Source: Azolla caroliniana (lineage: Eukaryota; Plantae; Polypodiophyta). Taken from it: DNA of 64,000 nt. Made by a program: the position numbers and the translations under genes. How positions within the stretch are numbered: the first letter of the stretch is position 1; each line of letters begins with the position of its first letter. Shown here piece after piece: positions 23,328 through 36,100 of the stretch. Where the stretch lies: NCBI GenBank assembly GCA_043228905.1, contig JBHGNT010000021.1, forward strand, positions 5,208,001 through 5,272,000. Reading direction: 5' to 3'. The notes under the pieces were generated by a model, which was not told the origin of the DNA, did not search any database, and saw only the letters and a list, made by a program, of their open reading frames with translations.

Positions 23328-24797
23328 GGATAGACCAAGGAGAAACAGAACAGAACAGAACAGAAGAGGATCCCATTAGAAATTTAGAACCCCATCTAAG
23401 AAAAACTCCATTTACTGATAAATCAATTGAAGACTATAGGATAGGATAGGATTGGATTGGATGGGATGGGATGGGATGGGATGGCCGGCCGGACATATCG
23501 CCATGTTGTGGCCCACGTCGATGAAACCCTTTGAGTGTTTGTCTCCTCCAACTTTTATAGACTATAGGACTCGGATCGGATGGCCACACGGATGTTTCTC
23601 TTCGATCTGTATGTGTGTTCTTCGATCGGCCTGTTGAATAGGCTATAGGAATCCGGATTGGATGGGCAAAAGCATAGGCAATATCCCTCTTGATGTTGAC
23701 CCAATGGGACACATGTGTATGTCTGGTCGATCTCTTAGAATATAGGTTTCAATTGGATGGGCATGTAAGCAAACAAACATACTCCACCTTATATCAATCT
23801 TTCAAACTACAAATTTAGACTGAATGGCCAGGCAAGCGGCCATATTTCCTTTGATGTGGTTGTGTATTCTAATCCATATTCTAGACTATCAGTTTGAATT
23901 GAATGGGCAAACTGGGAGGCATATCCCTTTGATCGAACTTAATTGAAACTGTGCATTCATCTAATCAACATTGGACTATACGTTCTAATCATATGGGGCA
24001 TGTGCACGAATCCCTTGGACATGGCCCCATCAAAAGTTCTATATGCGTTTGTGTGTCTCTCTCTTTGCAACATCCCATAAAGTGGACATCATTCATTTAC
24101 GAAAGAGGAGCAAAGTGATGACCTTGTTCACCACCGGAGAGAAGCTCATTTGATGGTTTCCTTTCCCACACAAAACCATGTGCATATGTCCTATTGTCCG
24201 TAACTTTGTGTGCGAAAGCAATGCATTGTATGCTTTAACACGGAACATCTTAACTGCCCCGATGTAAAATTTCTAGTTTTGTTTGGCAAAAATGACCACG
24301 ATTGCTACCTACAATCAAACTTCAAAGGAGATTCCCCTTGTTTTCAAATCCATTGTTCATCGATGACTAGATCAAATATCTATAAAAAACTTTTCATGGG
24401 CTTAGTTTCATTCCCTTGGAAAAGATATATAGCAATTTATCTCCTTCCAATCATTGTATGTCATCGTCACTAGAGAGAGATGCAACACATTGTGTATTGT
24501 AACATCGACATTTTATGACACCTCTACATTATCTAAGAGGCCTAACATCGGCAACATAGCATAGAGATGCTAATATTAGAGGCTCGAGGCAAATCACAAT
24601 CGTGAGGACACCTCGCTTTCTCGTGGCCATCAGTCAATCAATCGAATCAAGAAAATAACACACGAAACATTTAAATCAACGATCGTGTAGGAATCATTGA
24701 ACATAATTCAATGTGATGAGTAATCGTTCACCATATTTGTTAGGTGCAATCGAATTATGGAGAAACCGAGGGGCATACGATGGAACTCTCCAGGTGC

Positions 24798-24983
24798 CCA
24801 AAGAGTTGAAATGCTTAAGCCAATTGGATAAAGTCTTGTGTTCAAATCAAGCCTCCAAAGAGTTGAAATCTATTGCTTTATGCCAATTGGATAAGGTCTT
24901 GTGTTCAAATCAAGCCTCCAAAGAGTTGAAAATCTATTGCTTTAAGCCAATTGGATAAGTGTCTTGTGTTCAAATTAAGCCTC
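24798..24983 (+). repeat. Three ~57-62-bp tandem repeats immediately upstream of the PPR gene
   Basis: CCAAAGAGTTGAAA...GCCAATTGGATAA..TCTTGTGTTCAAAT.AAGCCT occurs three times. Confidence 0.9.
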
Positions 24984-25030
24984 TCAGTTTTTGTGTCATG
25001 GAAATAGAGAAGAGGAAAGAATGAGAGGCT

Positions 25031-27706
25031 ATGAGCTCCTCCCCTGCTTCAATATTGGGCCACTTACCTTCCTTGGACGCCATTGCCAAAGCATTCATTA
25101 CCTGCCGTGTGAATGAAGACCTCTCTCAAGCAAACCTCCTTCATATCCATCTCTGTGCAATTGGATTAGAAACTCACCGTTCATTGGGAAATCATGTGGT
25201 TCCATTGCTAGTAGTATGTGGAAACTTGCATTCTGCCCAACAAGCTTTCAACAAGTTAGTTTGTGCTAATTCGCATTCGTGGACATCTCTTGTACAGGGA
25301 TATGCCCGATCTGGCGACCTCAAGCATGCCCTTCACATCCATGAAAGTATGCAAGATGATGATGGCATACCACCCAATAGACATACCTTCCTTGCGTTGC
25401 TCAAGGCATGTATTTCATTATCTCGGCTCGAATATGGAAAGAAACTGCACTCGGCAATCGTGGTCGAAGATCTTCTGTCGGATCTATATGTGGTTCACAT
25501 GTTGGTCGATATGTATGCAAAACATGGTTTTCTTGTTGAGTCTCGTGATGTGTTCAATGAGCTTAAAGAAGGATGCCGGAATGTTGTAGCTTGGAGTGCT
25601 TTGATTGGTGGATATGCCGAATATGGCCCTTATGAGGAGGCACTAGAATGTCTTGAAACAATGAAATCCGAGGACATTCAACCGAATTCTTTCACATTTG
25701 TTGCTACATTGAAAGCTTGTTGTGCCTTAGGATACCTTGAAAAGGGGCAAGAAATCCACACTGAAACGGTCATTAAAGGATTTGATGTAGACGTCTTCAT
25801 TGCCAATACTTTGATTGATTTATATGCCAATTGTAGTTCAATTCTGGAGGCTGAAATTGTTTTTGATGGGATGGCAGATAGAGATATAGTCTCTTGGAAT
25901 GCATTGATTGGAGGCTATGTAAAGCAAGGACTGGACGAAGATGCACTGCTCTGCATTCAACAAATGCAGCTCGAGAATATGCATCCAGTTCCGGTTACCT
26001 TTATTTCCCTTTTGAAAGCTTGCATTAGCAAACAATCGATCGGGAGAGTTCATGAACTACACTCTGATATCCTCAAAAGGGGATATGAAAAAGTGCAAGC
26101 TATTGAGAATTGTTTGGTTGAAACATATGCTAAGGCTAGTTCACTACTTGAATCAAAGAAAATGCTGGATGGGTTGCAAACTAAGGATGTATTACCATGG
26201 AATTCACTGATGTTGGGTTATGTTGAAAATGGCCTATTTACAGAAGTATTAGATTGCTTTCAGCAGATGCACCAAGAAGGTGTATACCCAGATACAGTAA
26301 GCTTTCTCTGCATTCTCAACATGTGTAGTCATAGCAAAGACATGGATAGAGGTAACAGATTACATGCTGAACTCATGAAGAAGGGGTTAGATCAAGATCC
26401 ATGTCTGGGAAATGCGTTGATAGATATGTATGCAAAAGCAGGTTTTGTTGCAGATGCTGAGAAAGTGTTTGCTAAACTACAGAGTCGAGATATAGTCTCT
26501 TGGAATTCCTTGATCACAGGGTATACAGAACATGGCTATTTTGAAGAAGCGATACAATGTTTGAAGCATTTGAAGATAGAGAATGTATCTCCTAATTTTG
26601 TCACTTTTTCTTGCACCTTGAGGGCATGTGGAAGAATAAGATCAGTAGAAACGGGCCAATACATCCATATGGAGTTGATGAAGCAGGCTTTAGATAGAGA
26701 CCCTTTAGTTAACAATAGTTTGATCGATATGTATGCAAAATTTGGCTGGATTTCAGAAGCTCAAGAGATCTTTGACCAGGTATCTGATCACAATTTGGTG
26801 TCTTGGACCTCACTTATTGCTGGTTATGCTAACAACGGGCTCTGTGACCATGCATTGATCTGTTTTCAACGGATGCAATCAGAAGGTATTCTTGCAGATA
26901 TTGCCTCATGGACTGCCATTATTTCAGGATATGTCGAACATGGAGAAACCATAACTGCAATTAATCTCTGTGCTCGAGTGTTAGAGCAGGGCTTATTGCC
27001 AAACAGTGCAATGTTTAATAGCATCTTAAAAGCATGTGGCAACATTGGAGCTGTGGATTTAGGAAAAAGGATAGATGTAATGGTGTATTCATATTCACTT
27101 GAGGCAGATGATTTTAACTTTATTCCAGCATTAATAAACATGTATGGTAAGTGCGGGAACATGTTTGATTGTGAGCGCATTTTTGCAACAATCGCCTTCA
27201 ATGATCGCTTGACCTGGAACACTCTGATCACAGCATATTCTCAGCAAGGAGATTATGAACATGTATTTTACCTGATAAAAAAGGCAGAATATGAAGGTAT
27301 ACAGCCTGATGAAGTCATGTTGCTTGGTGCTCTTTCTGTATGCAGTTATGCTGGCCTACTCAATATAGGGAAAATATATTTTAATATCATGACCAGAGTG
27401 TATGGCATTGAGAAAAACCTCAAGCATTACACATGCATGATCGACTTGCTAGGACGTGCAGGTCAGCTTATTGAGGCTTTGGAATTGATCGCCATAATGC
27501 CTTTTCAAGCTGATTATGCTACACTGTGTGCTTTCCTAAGTGCATGCAGGAGATGGTGTAATGTGAACCTTGGGGAATGGATTGTTCGTTCTATCGCCAG
27601 ACCAGAACAAAAGCATGACGGCGCTCATCTTCTGATGTATAATATTTACATGGATGCGCAGATGTGGGATGAAGCAAGAGCGCTGGAAGAGATTTATCAA
27701 ACATAG
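25031..27706 (+). CDS. PLS-class PPR protein with E domains, no DYW (organellar RNA-editing factor candidate)
   Basis: 891-aa ORF with P-L-S triplets, HYTCMIDLLGRAG, MPFQAD..FLSACR and LMYNIY, then a stop. Confidence 0.93.
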   Translation: MSSSPASILGHLPSLDAIAKAFITCRVNEDLSQANLLHIHLCAIGLETHRSLGNHVVPLLVVCGNLHSAQQAFNKLVCANSHSWTSLVQGYARSGDLKHALHIHESMQDDDGIPPNRHTFLALLKACISLSRLEYGKKLHSAIVVEDLLSDLYVVHMLVDMYAKHGFLVESRDVFNELKEGCRNVVAWSALIGGYAEYGPYEEALECLETMKSEDIQPNSFTFVATLKACCALGYLEKGQEIHTETVIKGFDVDVFIANTLIDLYANCSSILEAEIVFDGMADRDIVSWNALIGGYVKQGLDEDALLCIQQMQLENMHPVPVTFISLLKACISKQSIGRVHELHSDILKRGYEKVQAIENCLVETYAKASSLLESKKMLDGLQTKDVLPWNSLMLGYVENGLFTEVLDCFQQMHQEGVYPDTVSFLCILNMCSHSKDMDRGNRLHAELMKKGLDQDPCLGNALIDMYAKAGFVADAEKVFAKLQSRDIVSWNSLITGYTEHGYFEEAIQCLKHLKIENVSPNFVTFSCTLRACGRIRSVETGQYIHMELMKQALDRDPLVNNSLIDMYAKFGWISEAQEIFDQVSDHNLVSWTSLIAGYANNGLCDHALICFQRMQSEGILADIASWTAIISGYVEHGETITAINLCARVLEQGLLPNSAMFNSILKACGNIGAVDLGKRIDVMVYSYSLEADDFNFIPALINMYGKCGNMFDCERIFATIAFNDRLTWNTLITAYSQQGDYEHVFYLIKKAEYEGIQPDEVMLLGALSVCSYAGLLNIGKIYFNIMTRVYGIEKNLKHYTCMIDLLGRAGQLIEALELIAIMPFQADYATLCAFLSACRRWCNVNLGEWIVRSIARPEQKHDGAHLLMYNIYMDAQMWDEARALEEIYQT

Positions 27707-28590
27707 AACTGTTATGTGCGGTCTAAAATATGTATGCAGCACCGGAAGTTGTCATGGGGAGAGCAGAAATCTATATTGCAAACTGGTCTCACAATTGTTA
27801 AATAGTCCCAGAAAATAAGTATTGAAACCTTGAAATTCTTGCAACATTTTTATATGTACAACACTTACCCAGCATAGAACATGATCACTCCACCTCAATG
27901 CAATAACTCTCATTTCAATGTGGGAGTGCGATACTTTATGATATCTTAATGCATAATGCAAAAAAAAATCATTCAACCACTCAACCAATAAAACAGCTCC
28001 TGAAATTGCTTTGAACCCAGAAGTAATTTGTATTACATTCTTTGGTCCAAGCTTATCTGTTGAATTATAATTATCAGCAATGTCCACAGAGGGCCAGAAC
28101 TTGCAAAGGATTTCAAACAGGAATGCGTGAGCTGCAGTATATTTGTAATTCAAGCATATTACATCTTTGAAACCTTTGCTTCCCACCTTCGTGTATTATA
28201 ACCTACCCAAGAGATTGCACATCGACATGAATTATCAAACAGGTCATCATGGAAAGACATTGACCCTGATACCCCATTGATTCCCACATGCACGAGGAAT
28301 TCAAGCTAACAATGTAAATTGGTATACAAAGTTCAGACTATACATCCAAATTTCGGAACTGATGAATAATTATATTCATGACATCATGTTACAGAATTTG
28401 ATTTTTGAATTAGAATAATAAAAAATTACAGTGATGATTGTCTTGTGGAATCAGGGTTTCCACTTTGTATCTCTCTCTACATTATCAACTATCTCATAAA
28501 ATTTCCAAGCAGAAGGCATCAACTTTGGAAGTGATGCCATGTAAATTGATGGATATTAATTTCCTTAATCAATCCGTTACACTTGTAGAA

Positions 28591-31500
28591 TCAAAACATG
28601 TAATGGTCTACATAAATATTGGACATGAGTACATACGATCCAGAATGTTTCTCATCTAAACCCACAGCAAACTCAAACATCTCTTCTCCAAGTTCCAGAT
28701 TTCCCCGCCTTCTGCAAGCACCCAACATAGCTCGTAATAGCACAAGGTCAGGTTGGAAGGGCATCTCTTCTAGCACTAGAATTGCATCTTCCAAATGTCC
28801 TGCCCTTCCAAGAAGGTCAACTATGCATGTGTAATGCTTTATGTTTGGAATAATGTTGAACTTTGACATCATCATTTCAAAACAAATCAGGCTCTCAACT
28901 AGCATGCAAGCATGAGCACATACAATAAGAACACTGGTAAACGTCTCCCCATCTGGACATATCCCTGATTTGATCATACCTTCAAGCAATAAGAGAACAA
29001 GTTTGGTCTCTCCTTGAATAGCAAATCCTACTATCAGTGCATTCCATGCCAGAAGCGGTTTTTGGGACATTGAATCAAACAATTTCCTAGCATCATACAT
29101 GCTCCCACATTTACTGTACATCTCAAGAAGCGCAACTTCCACGTTTGATTCAGTATATTCAATAATACTTGATATTCTTTTTCCAGCATCTAGGGCAACT
29201 GTAACCTTGCATGCCTTCACAATATTCATATAAGCAGCACTATCTGGTGTAAACCCTTCCTCTTGCATCCGAGAGAAGAGATCCAAAACTTTTCCACATT
29301 CATTGACCTCCATATATCCTGAAATAATGGTATTCCATGCAATAGCATCAGGATAAATACCCTTTGACTGCATATTGTAGAAGCAATCCAGTGCTTCCTG
29401 CGCATGCCCACATTCTGCATATCCTCCAATCAGTGATGTCCAGGAAATCAAATCCTGAGTTGGAAGCTTGTCAAACACCTCCTGTAATTCTGCAAGCATG
29501 CCACATTTGGCATACATGTCCACAAGTGCATTACCTAAATAAATGTCTTCCTCAAATCCTTTTTTTAATATAGAAGAATGGAAATCTTGGCCAACATCAA
29601 TCGTTCTAACACTACCACAAGCTTGAAGACAATAGATGTAGGTTCTTATATCTGGAGAAAACCCTCCCTCTTGCATCTCTTCCAAACATGAAAGGGCTTC
29701 TTTACCAAGTCCCTGTTCAGTGTACCCTCCAATAAGTGCTGTCCAGGAAATAACATCTTGTACCAGAAGTTTTTCAAACATTTCACACGCCTCTAAAAGT
29801 GTGCCACATTTCGCATAGATGCTCATTAAAGCACTTTCAATGTAAGCATCCTTTTCAAATCCCATCTTGACTATCATAGCATAAACTTCATGGCCTCCAT
29901 CAAAGATGCCATCCCTAGAAGCTTTCAACATTGATATAAATGTCACTGCATTTGGTGCTACACCTTCTCTTTGCATATACTCCAAACAATTACCTACTTC
30001 TGCACTGAGCCCTTCTTCTGCATAGCCTGCAATCAAAGCAGTCCATGATATTACCTCATGAGACGACTGCTCATCGAATACATCTTGTGCTGCTGCTAGA
30101 AGGCCAACTTTGACATACACATTGACCAGTGCACTATTCACACAAGAAGCTCCTTCAAATCCCTCCTTGACAATCTCAGCATGTAGTTCTTGGGTGATAC
30201 CTATAGCATGGATTCCACATGAAGCTTGAAGAGAACATACGAATGTTCCAAGGTCTGGATGCATGCCTTCACATCGCATTTGTTCCAAACAATCAAGTGC
30301 TTCCTTGATAAGGCCTTGATCGGCATACCCAGAAATCAATGCATTCCAAGAGACAGCATCCCGCACAACAAGGCGATCAAACACATCCTGCGATTCTTGA
30401 AGAGAACCATATCTTGCATACAAATCCACTAATGTGCTATGAGCAAATAGATTTCCTTCGTAGCCCTTTCGAACAATCTCAGCATGCATTTCTCTGCCTT
30501 TATGGATGGCTCCTATGGTATGGCATGCTTTCAATGCAGAAGAAAGTGTGACAAAGTCTGGTGATACACCATCAGCTTGCATCTGGCAGAGGCATTTCAG
30601 TGCTTCTTCCCCATAGCCATTTACTGAATATCCTGCGATAAGTGCATTCCATGAAACTACATCACGTTCTGGTAGTTTATCAAACACTTTACAAGAATCC
30701 TCAAATGACCCACACTTTGAGTACATGTCGACTAGAGTGTTGCCAACGAAGAATTCCCCATCAAATCCTCTTTGTACGATCTCATTGTGGAACTCTTGTC
30801 CCTCTTCTAAGACCCCAACAATGGAACAAGCTTGTAAGATGCGGACAAATGTAGCTGTGTTTGGAGATATGCCATCCTTCTGCATCTCTTGCAAAGTGGT
30901 CAATACTTTATCGGCATAGTCATGTTCAGCATAGCCTGAAATCAATGCGTTCCACGAGACTAAATCTCTGATTGGAAGCTCACCAAACACTTCTTCTGCT
31001 TCTACGAGCAGGCCACATTTTGCATACATATCTACTAAGGTGTTACTGATGAAAATATCTCTTTCGAATTCCTCTTTGATCACCTCAAAATGTATATTCA
31101 ACCCACAATCTATTGCTCCAATGTTGCTACAGGCTTTCAACCCACAAAGGAAGGTTGTAATATCTGGCAACATTCCTTGCCCTTTCATTTGCTCCAAGCA
31201 TAATACAGCCTCGTTACCCAACCCATTTTCGGTATATCCAGTAATCAATGCATTCCAAGATACAACATCTCGAACAACTAGACTATTAAAAACCACTTTC
31301 GATTCAACCAAAGCACCACATTTTGCATACATGTCAACAAGTCCATTACCAATAAAGCAATTGAGATCAAACCCATGCATAACAACCTCACAGTGAATTT
31401 GATGACCTCTTCTTCTACAATTGAGCTTAACGCATGCTTTAAGCAAAACAAGAAATGTATACTTACTAGGATATACAAAATGATCTTGCATTTGCTGATA

Positions 31501-31785
31501 AAGGAGTAGTCCATGCTCAGGATGTCCCCGATCAACATAGCCATGTATGAGAGAAGTCCAGGAAACTTCATTTGGGTTAAAAAGCTTATGGAAAGCTTGT
31601 TGAGCATCAGGAAGATTGCCACAATCAACAAGAGTTGGGACCAAGTAATTCCCAATAATATCATGCGACTCCAGTCCATTCTCTCTGATTTGATTATGGA
31701 AAAGCTTAGCCGCTTGGAGATCCTTGCTTTTTCTGCACTTCTGTAGACAACGCACGAAGTCATCAACGAGATGCGATCTGCCCAT
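28591..31785 (-). CDS. PLS-class PPR protein with E domains, no DYW
   Basis: 1064-aa ORF with PLS triplets, HYTCIVDLLGRAG, MPFQPD..LGACR and SYVLMSNIY, then a stop. Confidence 0.93.
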   Translation of the reverse strand: MGRSHLVDDFVRCLQKCRKSKDLQAAKLFHNQIRENGLESHDIIGNYLVPTLVDCGNLPDAQQAFHKLFNPNEVSWTSLIHGYVDRGHPEHGLLLYQQMQDHFVYPSKYTFLVLLKACVKLNCRRRGHQIHCEVVMHGFDLNCFIGNGLVDMYAKCGALVESKVVFNSLVVRDVVSWNALITGYTENGLGNEAVLCLEQMKGQGMLPDITTFLCGLKACSNIGAIDCGLNIHFEVIKEEFERDIFISNTLVDMYAKCGLLVEAEEVFGELPIRDLVSWNALISGYAEHDYADKVLTTLQEMQKDGISPNTATFVRILQACSIVGVLEEGQEFHNEIVQRGFDGEFFVGNTLVDMYSKCGSFEDSCKVFDKLPERDVVSWNALIAGYSVNGYGEEALKCLCQMQADGVSPDFVTLSSALKACHTIGAIHKGREMHAEIVRKGYEGNLFAHSTLVDLYARYGSLQESQDVFDRLVVRDAVSWNALISGYADQGLIKEALDCLEQMRCEGMHPDLGTFVCSLQASCGIHAIGITQELHAEIVKEGFEGASCVNSALVNVYVKVGLLAAAQDVFDEQSSHEVISWTALIAGYAEEGLSAEVGNCLEYMQREGVAPNAVTFISMLKASRDGIFDGGHEVYAMIVKMGFEKDAYIESALMSIYAKCGTLLEACEMFEKLLVQDVISWTALIGGYTEQGLGKEALSCLEEMQEGGFSPDIRTYIYCLQACGSVRTIDVGQDFHSSILKKGFEEDIYLGNALVDMYAKCGMLAELQEVFDKLPTQDLISWTSLIGGYAECGHAQEALDCFYNMQSKGIYPDAIAWNTIISGYMEVNECGKVLDLFSRMQEEGFTPDSAAYMNIVKACKVTVALDAGKRISSIIEYTESNVEVALLEMYSKCGSMYDARKLFDSMSQKPLLAWNALIVGFAIQGETKLVLLLLEGMIKSGICPDGETFTSVLIVCAHACMLVESLICFEMMMSKFNIIPNIKHYTCIVDLLGRAGHLEDAILVLEEMPFQPDLVLLRAMLGACRRRGNLELGEEMFEFAVGLDEKHSGSYVLMSNIYVDHYMF

Positions 31786-33158
31786 CCATGCTTATTCTTC
31801 CGAAAAAAATTAACAAAGATTTAGAAACCCTAAAAAAAACTGTAGCGATATCCCTGCAAACCCCTAAATAGCTAGAGAGACGGCATCATAATGTCATGCT
31901 TCATTCATTTCTTAAATTTGGCCAAAAAATGCCCTCTTCATGTTTCAGAGTTCCAAATTTCTACATATACCCCTCATTATTGCAAGAGGGGCTCTTTCTA
32001 TGGGGCTTAGCCAAGATTGTTGGAACCTAGACCAACATAATATCCTTACAATTCCTCTTGTAATATCGAAAAACTGTAGTTAAATTTGAGGGAAAGGTTT
32101 AGTGTTTACACTCTTTTCTTACTCCAAAGAATTTGTAGGCAGCAACAAGCTACATAGGGTCATTTTTCCGATTCGCAATTGTTTCATTTTGCCATGTACG
32201 TGCATTGGGAATCACCAATTTGATTCTTTAACAAACTATGGTTTTTTTATGAAAAAGTTATGAAGCAAATCAACATCAATTCCATGTTCAATAACTAGCA
32301 AAAGGCTTCCCATTTCTTCACATGATATGGAATTCATCAACGACAATGAGTCCAAATAATTGGCATGCTTTTGATGGTGTTTTGGTGAATTAAGTCACTC
32401 GTCATGTTGTGGAGAATTATGTGAAAGGGCTTCATTGGAAGGTATGAGACGTTAACAACAATCGATGGTGGAGGAAGAGTTGATGTTTAAAAATCCGTAT
32501 AATCTTTTGCATCAGGCATTGGTACAGAGATTGTAATTGCAGTTTCTATGGCCACAATACTCTTCTATGAAGTCTTCTTGAAGAGCACTGGTATGAATAA
32601 CTATTTTGCAGGGAACTTTCAATCCATCTAACATGACCAGGAGTATTAAGTTGTTAGATTTGAGCAATTAGAACTGTTAATCAAACAGTCCCAAGTAGAA
32701 CCAATGTGTTTGAACTAACAGTGATTTACTTCACGTTTCTATGTCCACGACAATCCATTGCTCGTGCGATGTATGCTAAAAAAAATCAATTTGGTAGTGT
32801 CAATGTGTTACTTTACCCTTCACCCAATAGAGCTTTAAATGCAATCACACTTCAATCATAATCAATGGCTACTTGAATGCCCAATCAAAACCTTATTCGT
32901 TTAATAACTCATTAATCGTAAAATACACAACATCTATTTGCTAACTGCTATGAGAATTATGCCGAACTTAACACAATCAATCATCAGGGTCGTTACAACT
33001 ACACCAGTCATTACAAAGCTGGCAGGGTTCACTATAGTTTGTGCTGTTCTCTACAATTCTGTGTAATGAACTGATGTACTTGAATGGGAATGGGAATCCA
33101 TATTCCACGGTATATAGACATATATATATATATACCATATGAGTTAGAGTACACCCTG

Positions 33159-36100
33159 TCACTTGCTGCCCTTCACAGATTTTGTTGGCTTGAGATTAGC
33201 CTTAGGGTCAGCATCATCACTCCTCATTCTCTTCAAAGATTGAAAGAGAGAGCCCCCACAAGAGGGGTCTGCATCTGAAGAAGGTTTTGCAAATGGGTTA
33301 GATGAAGATTTGGCAAATGGATTAGATGGAGTTTTAGAAAATGGATTACTACTAGGCTTTGCATTGGGGGTTGTTTCATGAGAAACAGGGATAATGCTTT
33401 CTCCTAGATCCAGACCATTGCCTTCACTATTACTAGTCTTTATATCCTGGTTTTTTACATCTGGTCCCTTCTTAGAAGCATCGCAAGCCTCTCCTTGTAT
33501 TGTAGAAGTTCTGTTACTCATTGGTAATGCAAACTCTGTTCTTGTTGTAGAAACATCCAATTGTTTACCTACTGTCTCCCTACTTGATTGGGTTGAAAGC
33601 AAACCACCAATACCTCCAACATTGTTCAACTCTTTTTGCTCCCGTTCATTATGAGATGACTCTCTGGCCATCTTTTCCTGCAAAGCAAAATGTCGTCTAA
33701 AGTTCAAACAAACACAGAGAAACCAATCTGCCTCGTTTTAGCAATTTTTTTATTCCAATGGTGTATGCTTGGGCACATTTTTCTTTCAATCACCTCATAC
33801 ATTGCACTGAGACGTTCTGCTAGAGCAGGTAACCTCATGGCACTGACTAGCTTAATGGCACCTTTCCAAGACTTGTCTAGTGTGAGTTTCTTGGTAAGTT
33901 CCTCAGCTTTCAAAAGCTTGTCAGCTGCATCACAATCCAATCAATGGCTTTTAGAAAAGTATATATACATATTGTACCTGCCAGCTTACATTATCAAAAG
34001 AGAAATGTAGCATTCAACCTTTGCAAGCTGTGGCAATAAGACGTAATATGTGGCGATCAAGGTTTGCTTCTAATTTCAAGATCTCCTCCTCTTGTTCATC
34101 CTCATCAAAGGTTGTGTCCTCTATCATCTATAAATGCAAGGTAGTATTAACCTATCTTTTTTCTTAGTAAAAAACACATTTTTGGTATTCGATTGATTAT
34201 ATGCTAACCTGTGCAAGTTGTAAGGTTCCAAGAAGGAACTCATTTTCTAAATCTTCGGCTCCCAGATCTGAGTGCACGAGCGGCAAAGACAGATTAAAGA
34301 GGCTCAAGATGGGCTTTGGTGTTACCTATCAAACCTTAACAAACACATTATGAGTACAAAGAGTATCACAGTTTTGCATTTCTAGTTGTACCTTTAAACA
34401 TGGATAAAATGGTGATAGCACGCAAGGTTTACCTGTGGTTGCTTATCAGGAAGCTTGCAGACCACACACATTACTTGAGTGGTATTCAGACCAACCATCC
34501 AAATGCTCTCCTCTTCGTTTTTTACTGCTTTTGAAGCACTGCAAAAAATAGGATGGAATTCAATCAAATTTACCAATAATTAACTTCAGCCATCAATGTA
34601 ACAAATAGAAACTATTACCTGAAAACAGGTATCCAACATCCACCATACTGTTTACTGTAGACACGAAGAATTCCCTGCAATAATATTCGCATAAGATCAC
34701 CAATTCATAAATAATATAATCACAAAAGACATGAATTATAGAACACGGACTTTTTGAAATAATAATGGTTAAATTCCTGACTATCACTTGAAACAAGACT
34801 CATATCCAAGCATATTCATCTGAAACTGAAGTGAATTTCATGCTGATGAACAGGGACCAAACAGCAGGCATAAATACCAAGGAAAATGACCAATTAAAAC
34901 AAAAAGATGTAGAAATATGCTACACAGAGTAGAATGAATAAAAACTTATCTTGTTGCATCCTATTTCATTACTACACACAATAACAGTGGACTTCCACAG
35001 AAAAATAGAAGGAACTATTAACTTCTGAGAAGTCATATATGGAGTGAATATGCAAAAAATGGTTAATAGATACCTTGGAATCGTATGAGCTTAGAATTCC
35101 TGTCTCGCTGAAACCCACCCATGCAAGCTGAGAACCAGGGGATATTGGCAACATTCCTCCCATAACTTTCGTACGGTCAGTAATATTAAGCACCATGAAG
35201 TCAAGAACCTGAAATATATTAATCAATCAATCATGAATTTTTTCTCAGAATACTTGTATGCATTGAATGTTTCAGATTGGATCATCTTAAGTCTTACAGG
35301 TTGACCACATGGGAAAGGAGAACTGCTGTGAGTTACAACAGCCAGTAATTCTTGATGGCCGATCATGGCAAGTGCAGGTCCCTCCAAAGATGTGACAAAT
35401 ATCTGCAATCAAAAAGTGAAGGGCATACACTCAAGTCAATCTTAAAAGTATGGACCCTCCCATCAATGACTTAGATCTCATCACAATGATACCTGTAAAC
35501 CGCCCTCAGAGAAAAGACGAAGGTAGTTCTGGCTTGTTGATGCAGCCACCCAGCTGTTGCCAACAGCTAGAGTTGTAGCTTCCTCATCTGATGGAAGCCG
35601 CACTGACCACTAGTAAGAAAATAATGAACATCATGCGGTTGAGTATTACTAGTCTTCTTTTCCCATCCAACATCACAATACATGTGTATGCCTATTGCTA
35701 ACCTCGCTATTGCCTGCCCAACTACTGAATGGTCTATAAAGGATTGTACTTGGGTTCTTCTCTCCTTTCCTTGGGGATGCAAAAACACTTCCCCTTTCGC
35801 TCATTGCAGCCATTGTGAACCCAAAATAATCTGTCATTGAAGGAACCCGAACACCTCGGCCAGTATCATGGAACTCCACCTAAGAGGCAAATACATCCTA
35901 TTAGCCCTAATTTGAGAATGGATATTATACATTTCTGAGAGATGGAGTCATAGAAACAACCTCTACATGATAAAGTCCTTCATTGTGGAAACTGGTTATG
36001 TTCCCTATAACATTGTACGTGAGGAAGTGACGTTTCCCTGATTCAAGCTGTGTGGAGCAAGGCTGAAAAGCCTTCTGCATATCAAGAACTACAGAGTTAT

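Noticed and set aside
27752-28186. 144-aa ORF between the PPR genes as a separate DYW domain
   Set aside because: It has no HxE..CxxC deaminase or PG-box motif.
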